DNA from: a virus
Virus record (IMG/VR): IMGVR_UViG_3300046533_000294
Span: 63,386 to 127,385 of that record
Reading direction: 5' to 3' (one strand)
DNA length: 64,000 nucleotides
The notes under the pieces were generated by a model, which ran no database searches, was not told the DNA's origin, and worked only from the letters and a program-made list of their open reading frames with translations. Within the stretch, counting starts at the first letter, position 1. Each line of letters starts with the position of its first letter. Made by a program: the position numbers and the translations under genes. Positions 36,805 through 45,645 of the stretch are shown here, piece by piece.

Positions 36805-37046
36805 ACGACGTTCAGATCCCCGAGGATCATCCCAACAGGATCCAGCGCGCGACTGACGCGGCCAGTGGTGGCGGCGTTGGCATTCTAGTCGTCTGGGTCG
36901 CATCTCTGTTTGGTGCTGATCTTCCACCTGCCGCCGCAGCGACGCTGACGACTTTCATCATCATAGCTGCTGCCGCTCTTGGCAGGAACGGCATCCGTGG
37001 TCTAGCCGTCAAGCTCTGGCGCGGCGCAAACGGAGACAGCAAATGA
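36801..37046 (+). CDS. holin (putative, two transmembrane helices)
   Basis: 81 aa with two hydrophobic helices and a basic C-terminus. Confidence 0.6.
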   Translation: MNDVQIPEDHPNRIQRATDAASGGGVGILVVWVASLFGADLPPAAAATLTTFIIIAAAALGRNGIRGLAVKLWRGANGDSK

Positions 37047-37249
37047 TACGAGGAGAGAGAACAGACCGCCCGTTGCCCGATCCTGATACGCCGATCCCAA
37101 CGGTCAGCAAGACAATCGGCAAGGCGGTTAAACGAGCTACCGGAGAGCGCAGAGTTGGGGATGATCTGCTGCTGTCGGACATTCGGCTGTTGAACAAGAT
37201 CTTCAACGGTAGCAGTCTCTACAACAAGGGAAGGTTCAACGGCCACTAA
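37043..37249 (+). CDS. hypothetical protein
   Basis: ATGA-coupled last gene of the plus arm. Confidence 0.5.
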   Translation: MIRGERTDRPLPDPDTPIPTVSKTIGKAVKRATGERRVGDDLLLSDIRLLNKIFNGSSLYNKGRFNGH

Positions 37250-37566
37250 CGCATCTTGGAATATCTAGTGTGACGGCCGCAAGTACAGCCAGGAGAGCAT
37301 TTGGCCCCTTTGTTCCAGGCAGCTCCTCCTTTTCTCGGCCAATCATCTAACTTGCAATGGCATGATTTGCATAGTTCAATGTAGTCATCAATATTGCGTT
37401 GATACTGGTGATCCTTATTTGCCCACTCGGTGTACCCTTTCTTGTCACAGCTAGTGCATCTTCCTGTCTTCTTCTTGCGACGTTTGACCCAGTGATGGAC
37501 AGCAACCTTTCCGGCCTTGTCGCCTTTCCATCCTACGTTATTATCGTTTTTTTGATTGTTATTCAT
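37246..37566 (-). CDS. HNH endonuclease
   Basis: WKGD....VHHWV...CTSC...EWAN....R..DDY.ELCKSCH; AT-richer than its flanks. Confidence 0.8.
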   Translation of the reverse strand: MNNNQKNDNNVGWKGDKAGKVAVHHWVKRRKKKTGRCTSCDKKGYTEWANKDHQYQRNIDDYIELCKSCHCKLDDWPRKGGAAWNKGAKCSPGCTCGRHTRYSKMR

Positions 37567-38024
37567 CTCATCGCGTACGCCATGAGGTTCAGCTCGTTGT
37601 TGATGCGAGTGACGGCGGGCTTGGCGTAGGTGGTGTCGGGTTTCTTGAGTCCCCAAGTAGCTATGTAGGTTCGACGGGCGGTGAGGTAGGATTGCTCCTC
37701 CTCCCACCATTTGTCCCAGATCAGGCTGGCGCCTTCAACTTTATCCGCGTCGGTGAGCGGTCGCCAGCTGACCTTGTTTGGATCCTTTTCACTCCACCCG
37801 ATTAGCTGCTGTCGCAGAACATGGAGAACACGCCGGCATCTGCGCTTGTCCAGTGCAAGCTCGTCGGATGTGGCATCGCCGCCCAGCCGTCTTGGTATCT
37901 CAATAGCCACCATGACGTAGCAGGCAGCAGTCTGGATCCGCGCGATCTCCTCTTGCGAGAAGCTCTCGCCGGTTAACGTCGTGTCTACCGTCAACGACGG
38001 CTCGAACCATTCCTCTAGGAACAT
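37563..38024 (-). CDS. hypothetical protein (153 aa)
   Basis: SD AGGAGG then ATG at 38024. Confidence 0.65.
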   Translation of the reverse strand: MFLEEWFEPSLTVDTTLTGESFSQEEIARIQTAACYVMVAIEIPRRLGGDATSDELALDKRRCRRVLHVLRQQLIGWSEKDPNKVSWRPLTDADKVEGASLIWDKWWEEEQSYLTARRTYIATWGLKKPDTTYAKPAVTRINNELNLMAYAMR

Positions 38025-38131
38025 CCTGCAGCCTCCTGCAATTCGTATAAGTCTAGGACATCGTATCCCTTGCCCCCTACCCTCGGAGAATTGCAGGGGC
38101 CATGCAGCAAATTGCAGGGCGGTCTCACGGC

Positions 38132-38569
38132 CTATTCCTCGGCCCCGCAGCCCCGTTCGGCTGCCCAGGCCTGCCACCGCTCCTGCGACCAGTTGGGATT
38201 CGGGATCACGTGGATCTCATTGCCGAGCATGTCGGCCAGACTCATAGCTGTCAAGATCTTGTCGGCCATGTGGAGATTGGTGTACTTGGTCTCTCGGAGT
38301 AGGATCTTGCGAACGATTCTGGGATCAATCCCTGCTAGCTCTCCAACGACCGATGTGAACGAGTATTGAGATCGAGGATTCAACTCGTCAATATGTTGCC
38401 GCTCCCACTCGTCGGATGCCCGACGGAGGACTGTTTCTAGCTCCTCCGTCGGGACAACCTGGGGATCGGACTGAGCATAGTTGGGCTCCCACCCGTTCGC
38501 CAGCTGTTTCGAGATACGATGGGTGCGCTGATAGTGAGCAGCTCCACTCTGATACCCGTCCGTCTTCAT
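38132..38569 (-). CDS. HTH DNA-binding protein (putative)
   Basis: GELAGIDPRIVRKILLRETKY...ADKILTAM resembles an XRE-like HTH. Confidence 0.55.
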   Translation of the reverse strand: MKTDGYQSGAAHYQRTHRISKQLANGWEPNYAQSDPQVVPTEELETVLRRASDEWERQHIDELNPRSQYSFTSVVGELAGIDPRIVRKILLRETKYTNLHMADKILTAMSLADMLGNEIHVIPNPNWSQERWQAWAAERGCGAEE

Positions 38570-38573
38570 GGCG

Positions 38574-38660
38574 CTAGGGCCGCTTTATGAATCCTAGAAA
38601 CATTACAACAGCGATGATCCCAACCTCAATGAGCAGAATCCATGACTGCGTATTGGTCAT
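38574..38660 (-). CDS. membrane peptide (28 aa)
   Basis: MTNTQSWILLIEVGIIAVVMFLGFIKRP; ATGA overlap with thyX. Confidence 0.55.
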   Translation of the reverse strand: MTNTQSWILLIEVGIIAVVMFLGFIKRP

Positions 38661-39565
38661 ACGATTCTCAACTCCTTCTTTGGCTTGAAGCGCCGGTTCT
38701 CCTCGATGGCATAGGGGAAGTCGCATTGACCCTCGACTTTCTCCCAGCCCTGGAACTCGCACATATGAGTCTTCTCGCAGGTGATCTTGATGTACGGCTC
38801 CAGCCAGGGGTGAGCCTCAACTAGCAGCTTGCCCATCTCGCGGAAGCAGTACACGATCTCATGCTGGAACATCGTACACGCCCGGTAGGCGTACGTGGCG
38901 ATGAACTCCCGGAGCGGGTACTCGCACTGGATGTAGTTGGTGGTTCCTTCCGGCAGGATGTAGCGAGCGTCCTGGTAGCTTACGTCGTGGAGGCAGGCCA
39001 CCCGGTACGCCTCGTGCGCTGCCGCGAGCGCCTTCAGGTAGGCGTCACGGACAGGGATCGGAGCACGCCAGATCGACTCTGGCATTCGAGCTTGGGGCTG
39101 TGTTCCATACCAGGTAGCTCGCTGGCTCTGCTGGTGGAACCCGGCCTTGCGCGTTCGGACAAGCTGGTGAGTACAGCACCGACTTACGCCGGTGATCTCG
39201 AAGACGACAACCTGGGTCTCCAGGGAGGATTGTAGTCCTCCCCGGAGCATTTCGTCCCAGTCCGCCATCTCACCAGGATCGTTGATGTCGATTCCCGTAG
39301 TCGCCCGGAGTGCACGGCTCTGAACGGCACGGAAGTCTTCCTCATTGATTCCTTGCACGAGACGCACCTGGATGTCGTCTACACCAATCGAGATCTTCGC
39401 GTTGTTGAACGGACTATTGTGAGTCCCTTCCTGGTTCTTGGAATGGCGGTTGAAGGCCACATCCCTCCCCAGAGGAGTCTCGTGATAGTCCATGGACGCT
39501 CGGCTCGGGTGGTAGTAGGCGTACTCCTGGTCAACTGTCTCGATGTAGATGAGATGCGGATCCAT
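38657..39565 (-). CDS. thyX: ThyX-like flavin-dependent thymidylate synthase (divergent motif)
   Basis: VFEITGVSRCCTHQLVRTRKAGFHQQSQR and DARYILP; the RHRx7S motif appears as RTRx7S. Confidence 0.8.
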   Translation of the reverse strand: MDPHLIYIETVDQEYAYYHPSRASMDYHETPLGRDVAFNRHSKNQEGTHNSPFNNAKISIGVDDIQVRLVQGINEEDFRAVQSRALRATTGIDINDPGEMADWDEMLRGGLQSSLETQVVVFEITGVSRCCTHQLVRTRKAGFHQQSQRATWYGTQPQARMPESIWRAPIPVRDAYLKALAAAHEAYRVACLHDVSYQDARYILPEGTTNYIQCEYPLREFIATYAYRACTMFQHEIVYCFREMGKLLVEAHPWLEPYIKITCEKTHMCEFQGWEKVEGQCDFPYAIEENRRFKPKKELRIV

Positions 39566-39567
39566 CG

Positions 39568-39966
39568 CTAGCCCTTCTGGCTGACGATGTTCTTACCTGC
39601 CTTCGACTTTATGAAAGCAGCTTGCGCTGAAGCGTCGAGTTTCTTGGGGACAACCCTTTTGATCACTGGTGCCGGCGCGGCCACGAGTCGAACGGCTGCC
39701 TTACGTGCCTTGCTATCTGCCGCTGCCGTCTGCTCGACGCCACCGAACCCGGTGTATGTCTCGCCCTTCTTGTACATCTGGCCCTTGGTTCGAGGCGCTG
39801 TGTACCGCCAAGAGATCCTACAGATCCCCGGCATGCTGAAGTCGTAGCCGTCGGAGATCTCCTCTTCTGCGATCTGGGCGAGCGCGTCCATGACGTTCTT
39901 GGACAGTTTCGGTTTGACGCCGGTCAGCTCCTCGACGGCTTGTGCCAACTCATTTTTGCTCAGCAC
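39568..39966 (-). CDS. HU/IHF-like DNA-binding protein
   Basis: MLSKNELAQAVEELTG...MDAL...I......PGI....RYTAPR. Confidence 0.8.
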   Translation of the reverse strand: MLSKNELAQAVEELTGVKPKLSKNVMDALAQIAEEEISDGYDFSMPGICRISWRYTAPRTKGQMYKKGETYTGFGGVEQTAAADSKARKAAVRLVAAPAPVIKRVVPKKLDASAQAAFIKSKAGKNIVSQKG

Positions 39967-39988
39967 CTTTGCTCCCTTCTTGGTTCTT

Positions 39989-40333
39989 CTAGGGCGCTCG
40001 ACTCAACCAGTAGAGATAGCCGCCGTGTAGGTAGCAGCCATTCCCTCCCAGGCCGATGCGCCGAATTACACGATACTGCTGCCAAGGCGTCGCATTGTAC
40101 GCCTCGGATGGGTAGCCGGGATAGCGGTACTGATCCCACGATCCGTTGGCAAACCCGAAGGCACCTTGATACGACCCACTGTTGTGCCTCCAGTTCAGCT
40201 GCGTCTCGCACATCCCGACCGCCCAGTACAGCTTTGGCAGCCAGCTTGGACGCGGTGGTACCCTGTACGTGCTCGCTGTTGCGACTGTCGTGAGGGCGAA
40301 CCCCACGATGATCATGGCGGCGAGTCGCCTCAT
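39989..40333 (-). CDS. secreted Rpf-like (resuscitation-promoting factor) transglycosylase
   Basis: Signal peptide plus CET..NW..NSG.YQGAFGF...W...Y...A..ATPWQQ lysozyme-like core. Confidence 0.75.
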   Translation of the reverse strand: MRRLAAMIIVGFALTTVATASTYRVPPRPSWLPKLYWAVGMCETQLNWRHNSGSYQGAFGFANGSWDQYRYPGYPSEAYNATPWQQYRVIRRIGLGGNGCYLHGGYLYWLSRAP

Positions 40334-40356
40334 TGACCTCCAGTGTCTGCTGGTCG

Positions 40357-43300
40357 CTACGCATCGGGGTCTATTACCCACATCTTGCTTGCCCTGACCT
40401 CGCGCGCAGCACGGAATCCAGGCTTCACGCCTTGAACTACTACAACGTCCTTGTTCAGGCGCAGGCCCCAAAGAGCCTTTCGGAAACCAGGATACTTGTA
40501 GCGGTCTACACGGATCGACACCAGCTCGGTGCCGTCATAGCCTGCCGCGATCATCCACTCGTTTAGATCCGGCCGGTCTATAGACTCGGGGTCAACTTCG
40601 ACTCCACGAGCCTTGTTGATCTCGAAAATGTCCCGAAGGTTGCGCTGGACGACCACACCTATCCAGGTCACTTCCGTGTCGCGCCCACGCTCGTATGGAA
40701 CTTCGAGCGCGGTATGGGTTGGCTCCGGGAGGCCCAATCTGGGCATGTCGGTCTTGACCTTCTGGATGAGATTATCCAGGGTGTAGATTCCGAACACGTC
40801 CGGTTGGCTAACCCAATCTTGTATCGAGGCCGATGTCTTCGGCCCGAATCCTTTGATGCGCTCGATCTCGCCCCACTCCGTGAGCCCCATCTCATCTCGT
40901 CCCTCAATCAGAGCTTGTGCCTTCGACTCTCCGATGCCAGGAATCTGGAGCAGCCCGCCGTGGAGCGTCCGATTCTGGTCGTTATATGTCCAAGTCATTT
41001 CAGCCGTATCAAAGTGTGGAGCCTCAATCAAGAAGCTATGGTTGACGGCGTCGCGGAGGGCGACCGTCTCTGGATCAATCTTGGCCTTGGAGACAGCCGA
41101 GGCTTTCGTGTTGCCGCGCGAGCCGGATGTGTTAGCCGAGGAGCGTGCCGACACGCCACGGAGTAGCCACTTGTACCAGGTTCCTTGGTGATGGACTTTG
41201 AAGTGTCCGTCCCACCAGGCGATGTACCCGTAGGAGATCGTGTGAGCTGCGTTAAATGCGTACGAACCGGCAGTGATGCAGTCACCCCAAATTGCTCGCG
41301 CCGTCTGCTCGTCCATCTCCGGTACGTCCATTCGCTCGTGAAGCGTCTGCGCTCCTTCCCAGAAGCGATGCCACTGCCTCTGGAACTCCTGGTCGCCTAG
41401 CTTCTTGGAAATGATGCGACGGATGTGAGCGGCGTGAGTCCAGTCAAAGTTTCCGATCTCACGGACAATGCGCAGAATTTGTTCCTGGTAGATGATCTGA
41501 TAATAAGTATCTGCCGTGATGGATGCAAGAGCAGGATGTGATACTGTGGGCTTAACGAGACCACGCTTGATGTCGATGTACGACTGAGCAGATCCGTTAT
41601 GGAGCGGGCCAGGTCGAGCAAGCGCGGTGATGTCGCATACCTCTCGAAAGCTGTCAGGCTTGAGAGCGCCGCTAATGCTTCGTACAGCTCGTCCCTCATA
41701 CTGAAAGATACCTGTGACGTCGTTAGCCCTGAACAATGATATGACATCCTCGTCCTCCGTCGGGATGGTGTACAGGTAGCTGGTGGGCTCGCCGATGTCG
41801 CGGCAGCATCCCGCGAGCCGATCCATCGCGTTCAGCCTGAGGTAGTCGAGCTTGAGGAGTCCGAGATATTCTGCATCGTACTTATCAAGGCCAACAACTT
41901 TACGCACTCGTCCTTTGACAACTCGGGTGACAACGCTACACACATCTGTGATGGGCCCATTGGATACCACAACACCCGCAGCGTGTACCCCGAATCCCTT
42001 TGCATTGCCCTCAAGGCGCGTCGCCGTCGCCAGCGCTGGATACTCAACCAGAACCTTTGACGCCTGCTCGAACTGCTCAAATGTATCTTCAATCGTGGCG
42101 CTAGCGCGAAGATCTCCTGAGGATCGTTCGATGAGGACATCCTTCACCTTCTCTACTTCATAGATTGGAATGTTGTAGACACGGGCGATATCGTCGAGGG
42201 CCAACTTGCTCTTATACATTGTAAACGTCCCAACGTCGCTGACGCAATCGCGACCATAGCGGGCGATGAGGTAGTCCACAACTTCGTGTCGTCTCTCCGC
42301 CTCGAAATCCACGTCGATGTCAGGTAGATCCTGCCGCGAGATGTCAATGAACCTCTCAAATACAAGATGGTCAAAGAGCATTGGATTGACCTCAGTGATG
42401 CGGAGTAGCCAACACGCCAGTGAGGCGGCGGCAGATCCGCGTGCCGGGCCAACCGCAATTCCGCTGTCTTTCGCCCAGCGTAGAGAGTCGCTAACAACGA
42501 GGAAATAATCAATAAAGTCCTTCTCCTCGATGATCCCCATTTCATAGCGCAGCCTTTCCGCGTACCGCTCGCGCTCGCGGCGCGGCAGCTTGTGGCACTT
42601 GCGCTCTCGCCACCCCTGCCTCAACCACTCCCGCCAGGTCGCTTTGGAATCTTTCGTCGGATATCGGAGCATAGGCAACTTGGGCAGTTCTACTTTGCAC
42701 CGTTGTGCGATCTGTTCCGTGTTGAGGATGGCATCAATCGCTTGCTTGCGGGGCACACCCGTGGCTACGAGCTTACGCAGAATCGTGTTGTCGTTCGGGG
42801 CCACGCACAGGTCGGCGTTATAGCCCCAGCCACGGATCTGCTCCTCCAGCGTCTGCTGCTTGCCCGGCCGGACGTTATGGAGCACCTGTTGTAGCTCCTT
42901 CTCGGTCGGCATCGTGTAGTGGCAGTCGAGCGTTACCACGAGCGGGATGTCTGTCTCGCGGGAGATGCGAGCTAGAGCTTCATTAGCCAGGCACGTTTCC
43001 TTGAGTTCAGGAAATGCCTGAACCTCGATGTAATAGGAATCGCCAAAAGTACGGGCGAACCGTCTAGCCACATTTCGAGCCCTTTGGTAGGATGCGTCGC
43101 CAGCATCAATTCCTTTCCCTCCCATGAGTGAGGTGAAGAGCAAACTACTTTGGCAACCACTAAGAACGATGAGGCCATTGCCTCTGGTGGCAAGCATACT
43201 TCCTGATACAGTGGGCTGATGGTAGAATCCTTCATTGTTAGCCTCCGTGACGAGCCGAAGTAGGTTGCGATATCCCTCCTGCGTCTCGGCTAGGACGGTA

Positions 43301-43551
43301 AGATGATTCTTGGACTGCGCGCGGTGATCTTCATCTATGGGCCCGCAGTAGAACTCGCATCCGAAGATGGACTGGACTCCTTCCTTACGCGCAGCCTGCT
43401 CAAACTTTGCATGAGAGAATACATTTCCGTGTTCAGTGAGGGCGAGGCTACCCATGCCAAGCTCAGTTGCCCTCCGCACGTGCGCTTCGGGCAGCGCATA
43501 TCCATCCAGGAAACTGTAGGTGGAATGATGATGGAGACTGGCAAACCGCAT
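40357..43551 (-). CDS. dnaE: DNA polymerase III alpha subunit (C-family)
   Basis: PHP domain (SLHHHSTYSFLDG), GPARGSAAASL, catalytic PDIDVD, HAAGVVV, SYAFNAAH. Confidence 0.95.
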   Translation of the reverse strand: MRFASLHHHSTYSFLDGYALPEAHVRRATELGMGSLALTEHGNVFSHAKFEQAARKEGVQSIFGCEFYCGPIDEDHRAQSKNHLTVLAETQEGYRNLLRLVTEANNEGFYHQPTVSGSMLATRGNGLIVLSGCQSSLLFTSLMGGKGIDAGDASYQRARNVARRFARTFGDSYYIEVQAFPELKETCLANEALARISRETDIPLVVTLDCHYTMPTEKELQQVLHNVRPGKQQTLEEQIRGWGYNADLCVAPNDNTILRKLVATGVPRKQAIDAILNTEQIAQRCKVELPKLPMLRYPTKDSKATWREWLRQGWRERKCHKLPRRERERYAERLRYEMGIIEEKDFIDYFLVVSDSLRWAKDSGIAVGPARGSAAASLACWLLRITEVNPMLFDHLVFERFIDISRQDLPDIDVDFEAERRHEVVDYLIARYGRDCVSDVGTFTMYKSKLALDDIARVYNIPIYEVEKVKDVLIERSSGDLRASATIEDTFEQFEQASKVLVEYPALATATRLEGNAKGFGVHAAGVVVSNGPITDVCSVVTRVVKGRVRKVVGLDKYDAEYLGLLKLDYLRLNAMDRLAGCCRDIGEPTSYLYTIPTEDEDVISLFRANDVTGIFQYEGRAVRSISGALKPDSFREVCDITALARPGPLHNGSAQSYIDIKRGLVKPTVSHPALASITADTYYQIIYQEQILRIVREIGNFDWTHAAHIRRIISKKLGDQEFQRQWHRFWEGAQTLHERMDVPEMDEQTARAIWGDCITAGSYAFNAAHTISYGYIAWWDGHFKVHHQGTWYKWLLRGVSARSSANTSGSRGNTKASAVSKAKIDPETVALRDAVNHSFLIEAPHFDTAEMTWTYNDQNRTLHGGLLQIPGIGESKAQALIEGRDEMGLTEWGEIERIKGFGPKTSASIQDWVSQPDVFGIYTLDNLIQKVKTDMPRLGLPEPTHTALEVPYERGRDTEVTWIGVVVQRNLRDIFEINKARGVEVDPESIDRPDLNEWMIAAGYDGTELVSIRVDRYKYPGFRKALWGLRLNKDVVVVQGVKPGFRAAREVRASKMWVIDPDA

Positions 43552-43711
43552 CTCTCGCACGCTCCGATGTACGCGGGCAGTTCTCTTGTCTCTTCTGACG
43601 AGGACTGGCTGTTCTCCATTGGAACATTCCTCCTTGTGCCGATCGCGCCCGCTGAACGCGCTGATACCTGAGTCGCTCAGCGACTTCTTAAAGTCGCGCT
43701 GGACAATGTTG

Positions 43712-44005
43712 CTAGATTTCTTCGCCATAATGCACCCAGTTGTCGAGGATATTGTCTGCTTTGGTCTTCCCGTCAACAACGAGCATAACGCGGATCTCTC
43801 CGTGATAGCTCACGCGCGTGATCTCGGTGACTTCATCCGTGTCCTCCCAGCGCCGGTCTTCGGGTTGATAGACAATCATTGCGATGCCAGTCTTCCCCTC
43901 GTGATCGATCGTTGCATATCTCTCGGCCAGGATCTTGCATGGACGGCCGCTATGAGTGATCATGAAGTAGAGCTGGAGCTGCTTTCTGAAGTCAGACTTT
44001 TTCAA
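43712..44005 (-). CDS. hypothetical protein
   Basis: 97 aa ORF in the operon. Confidence 0.6.
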   Translation of the reverse strand: MKKSDFRKQLQLYFMITHSGRPCKILAERYATIDHEGKTGIAMIVYQPEDRRWEDTDEVTEITRVSYHGEIRVMLVVDGKTKADNILDNWVHYGEEI

Positions 44006-44528
44006 GTTGACTCACTACAACCAAATTACGATCGTTCAGGCCCATGATGATGGAAAATCTTTCCTTGAGTTTCCAGTCTCTCGGCATCGAGCCGTCGTAG
44101 TATTGGTTGTCCAGAAGATTGCGCCACGTCTCGACTGTCCAGAACGTCTTGTGATCGAGATCCTGGTAGGCGAGCTGTCCTCCATACCACGGCACAACGA
44201 CGTTGAGGAATCCTCCCCAATGCAGTACGCGCTCGATCTCGCGCAGCATGAAGAGCAAATCGGGCAAAGAGAGATGCTCCAAGAAGTGCAAGGCAAACAC
44301 AGTGTCCACGGATTCATCTGCGTGGTCGGGCAGATGCGGAGCGCGCCATCCATTCTCCAAACTCAGGTTGTCCGCATTGTAAATGTACTTGTATCCAGCC
44401 CCGAGATTGAGCACTTTGTTATCCCTCAACGATACTTGATACTCCGGTACGACGCGATCCATCCCGACGGCGAACAGATCGGTGAGCGAGAGTGGCTGCG
44501 TCCAATGCGTGATCTCTAGGTCGGCCAT
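43992..44528 (-). CDS. class I SAM-dependent methyltransferase
   Basis: VLNLGAG motif I; SVD.VFALHFLEHL; LREIERVL..GG; YQDLDHK. Confidence 0.8.
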   Translation of the reverse strand: MADLEITHWTQPLSLTDLFAVGMDRVVPEYQVSLRDNKVLNLGAGYKYIYNADNLSLENGWRAPHLPDHADESVDTVFALHFLEHLSLPDLLFMLREIERVLHWGGFLNVVVPWYGGQLAYQDLDHKTFWTVETWRNLLDNQYYDGSMPRDWKLKERFSIIMGLNDRNLVVVSQLEKV

Positions 44529-44860
44529 GGCCACTTCCCATTCTTGTTCCCCGATGTGATCTGGACGTGAGCGAAGATCGCGTAGTTGACGATGTCAAGC
44601 AGCTCGGCGCGCGCCTCGTCGTGATCTGCTTGGTCAGCCATGACGTTGGTAAACAGTCGTTCAGCTTTCGCGAACAGCTCGAATACCATGCCCTTGGCCC
44701 CTGACCGGCGCCAAACGTCGGGACGCTTTGCCTGCCGGTCGTGCATCACCGCCCAGGATCGCAGTAGAACGTCGATCCATTCTTTCTCGGTGTGCGTGAG
44801 TGTCCCGGTGATATTGAACGATGGAGTCTCAGTAGTTTTGCTCGCTGCGGAATCCATCAT
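44516..44860 (-). CDS. DUF1599/Nmad1-like (MazG-superfamily) nucleotide-modification-associated protein
   Basis: All-helical; DVWRRSG..G...K..RL...ELLDIVNYA. Confidence 0.6.
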   Translation of the reverse strand: MMDSAASKTTETPSFNITGTLTHTEKEWIDVLLRSWAVMHDRQAKRPDVWRRSGAKGMVFELFAKAERLFTNVMADQADHDEARAELLDIVNYAIFAHVQITSGNKNGKWPWPT

Positions 44861-45645
44861 CGCATTCCTCCGGCCAGCTCGATCTGCGAACCGCTCGCGT
44901 GGGCTAGGTTCGGCTCGCATACGAGCTTCTCAACCCAGACCGCGACATCATTCCGATGGAGAAATCCCATCGATGGCTCATCACTCGCCCAATATGCCTC
45001 AGCATCCTCGTCGTGTTCCATTTCCCGATAACGTGCGATTCCGTCGATAGTCTCCTCAGTCATTGGTGTATTCACGACGTTGCCAGGATGAACGGTGAAG
45101 ACGCGGTAGCCCTTCGGCCCTAGTTCCCAGGCCATACACCGGCTGAAGTGCGCCAGGCCTGCCTTCGCCGCGCAGTATGGAGCCGAGGCGTTCAATACCT
45201 TCGTGTACGCCATCGAGCCGATGTAGACGATGTGCTTCAACCAAGGCGTATGTAGCGTAGTCCGAACAAACTGCTGCGTCGCGACCATCGGACAGAGCAG
45301 CGTGTCGTGGAGAACTTCCACCTGGTCATCAAGCATGTAGTTCTCGAACCAGTCCAGATGCGTAGTCGCGGCGCAGATGATGAGAGTGTCGATCGCTCCG
45401 GGGTCGCCCTGCCCCGCTTCGGTGAGGAAGTCAATACATTGATCTGGGAACCAGCAGTTGTGAGACTTCTTGTTGGTGCCGGCGACACTGAGCCATTCCT
45501 CGCGAGCGAATAGCCGCTCTGCGATCGCTTCGCCAATGTTCCCAGGCGAGACGCCGATGATCGCGCCGTGGCGGATCTCGGGATACGACACGTCGTGGGC
45601 CTCCATCTGGGTCTTCACGTACTCGTCATGCAGCTGACTCTTCAC
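44857..45645 (-). CDS. short-chain dehydrogenase/reductase (SDR)
   Basis: Rossmann G..GNIG; IVYIGS...YCAAKAGL (YxxxK); VHPG...TPM. Confidence 0.85.
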   Translation of the reverse strand: MKSQLHDEYVKTQMEAHDVSYPEIRHGAIIGVSPGNIGEAIAERLFAREEWLSVAGTNKKSHNCWFPDQCIDFLTEAGQGDPGAIDTLIICAATTHLDWFENYMLDDQVEVLHDTLLCPMVATQQFVRTTLHTPWLKHIVYIGSMAYTKVLNASAPYCAAKAGLAHFSRCMAWELGPKGYRVFTVHPGNVVNTPMTEETIDGIARYREMEHDEDAEAYWASDEPSMGFLHRNDVAVWVEKLVCEPNLAHASGSQIELAGGMR

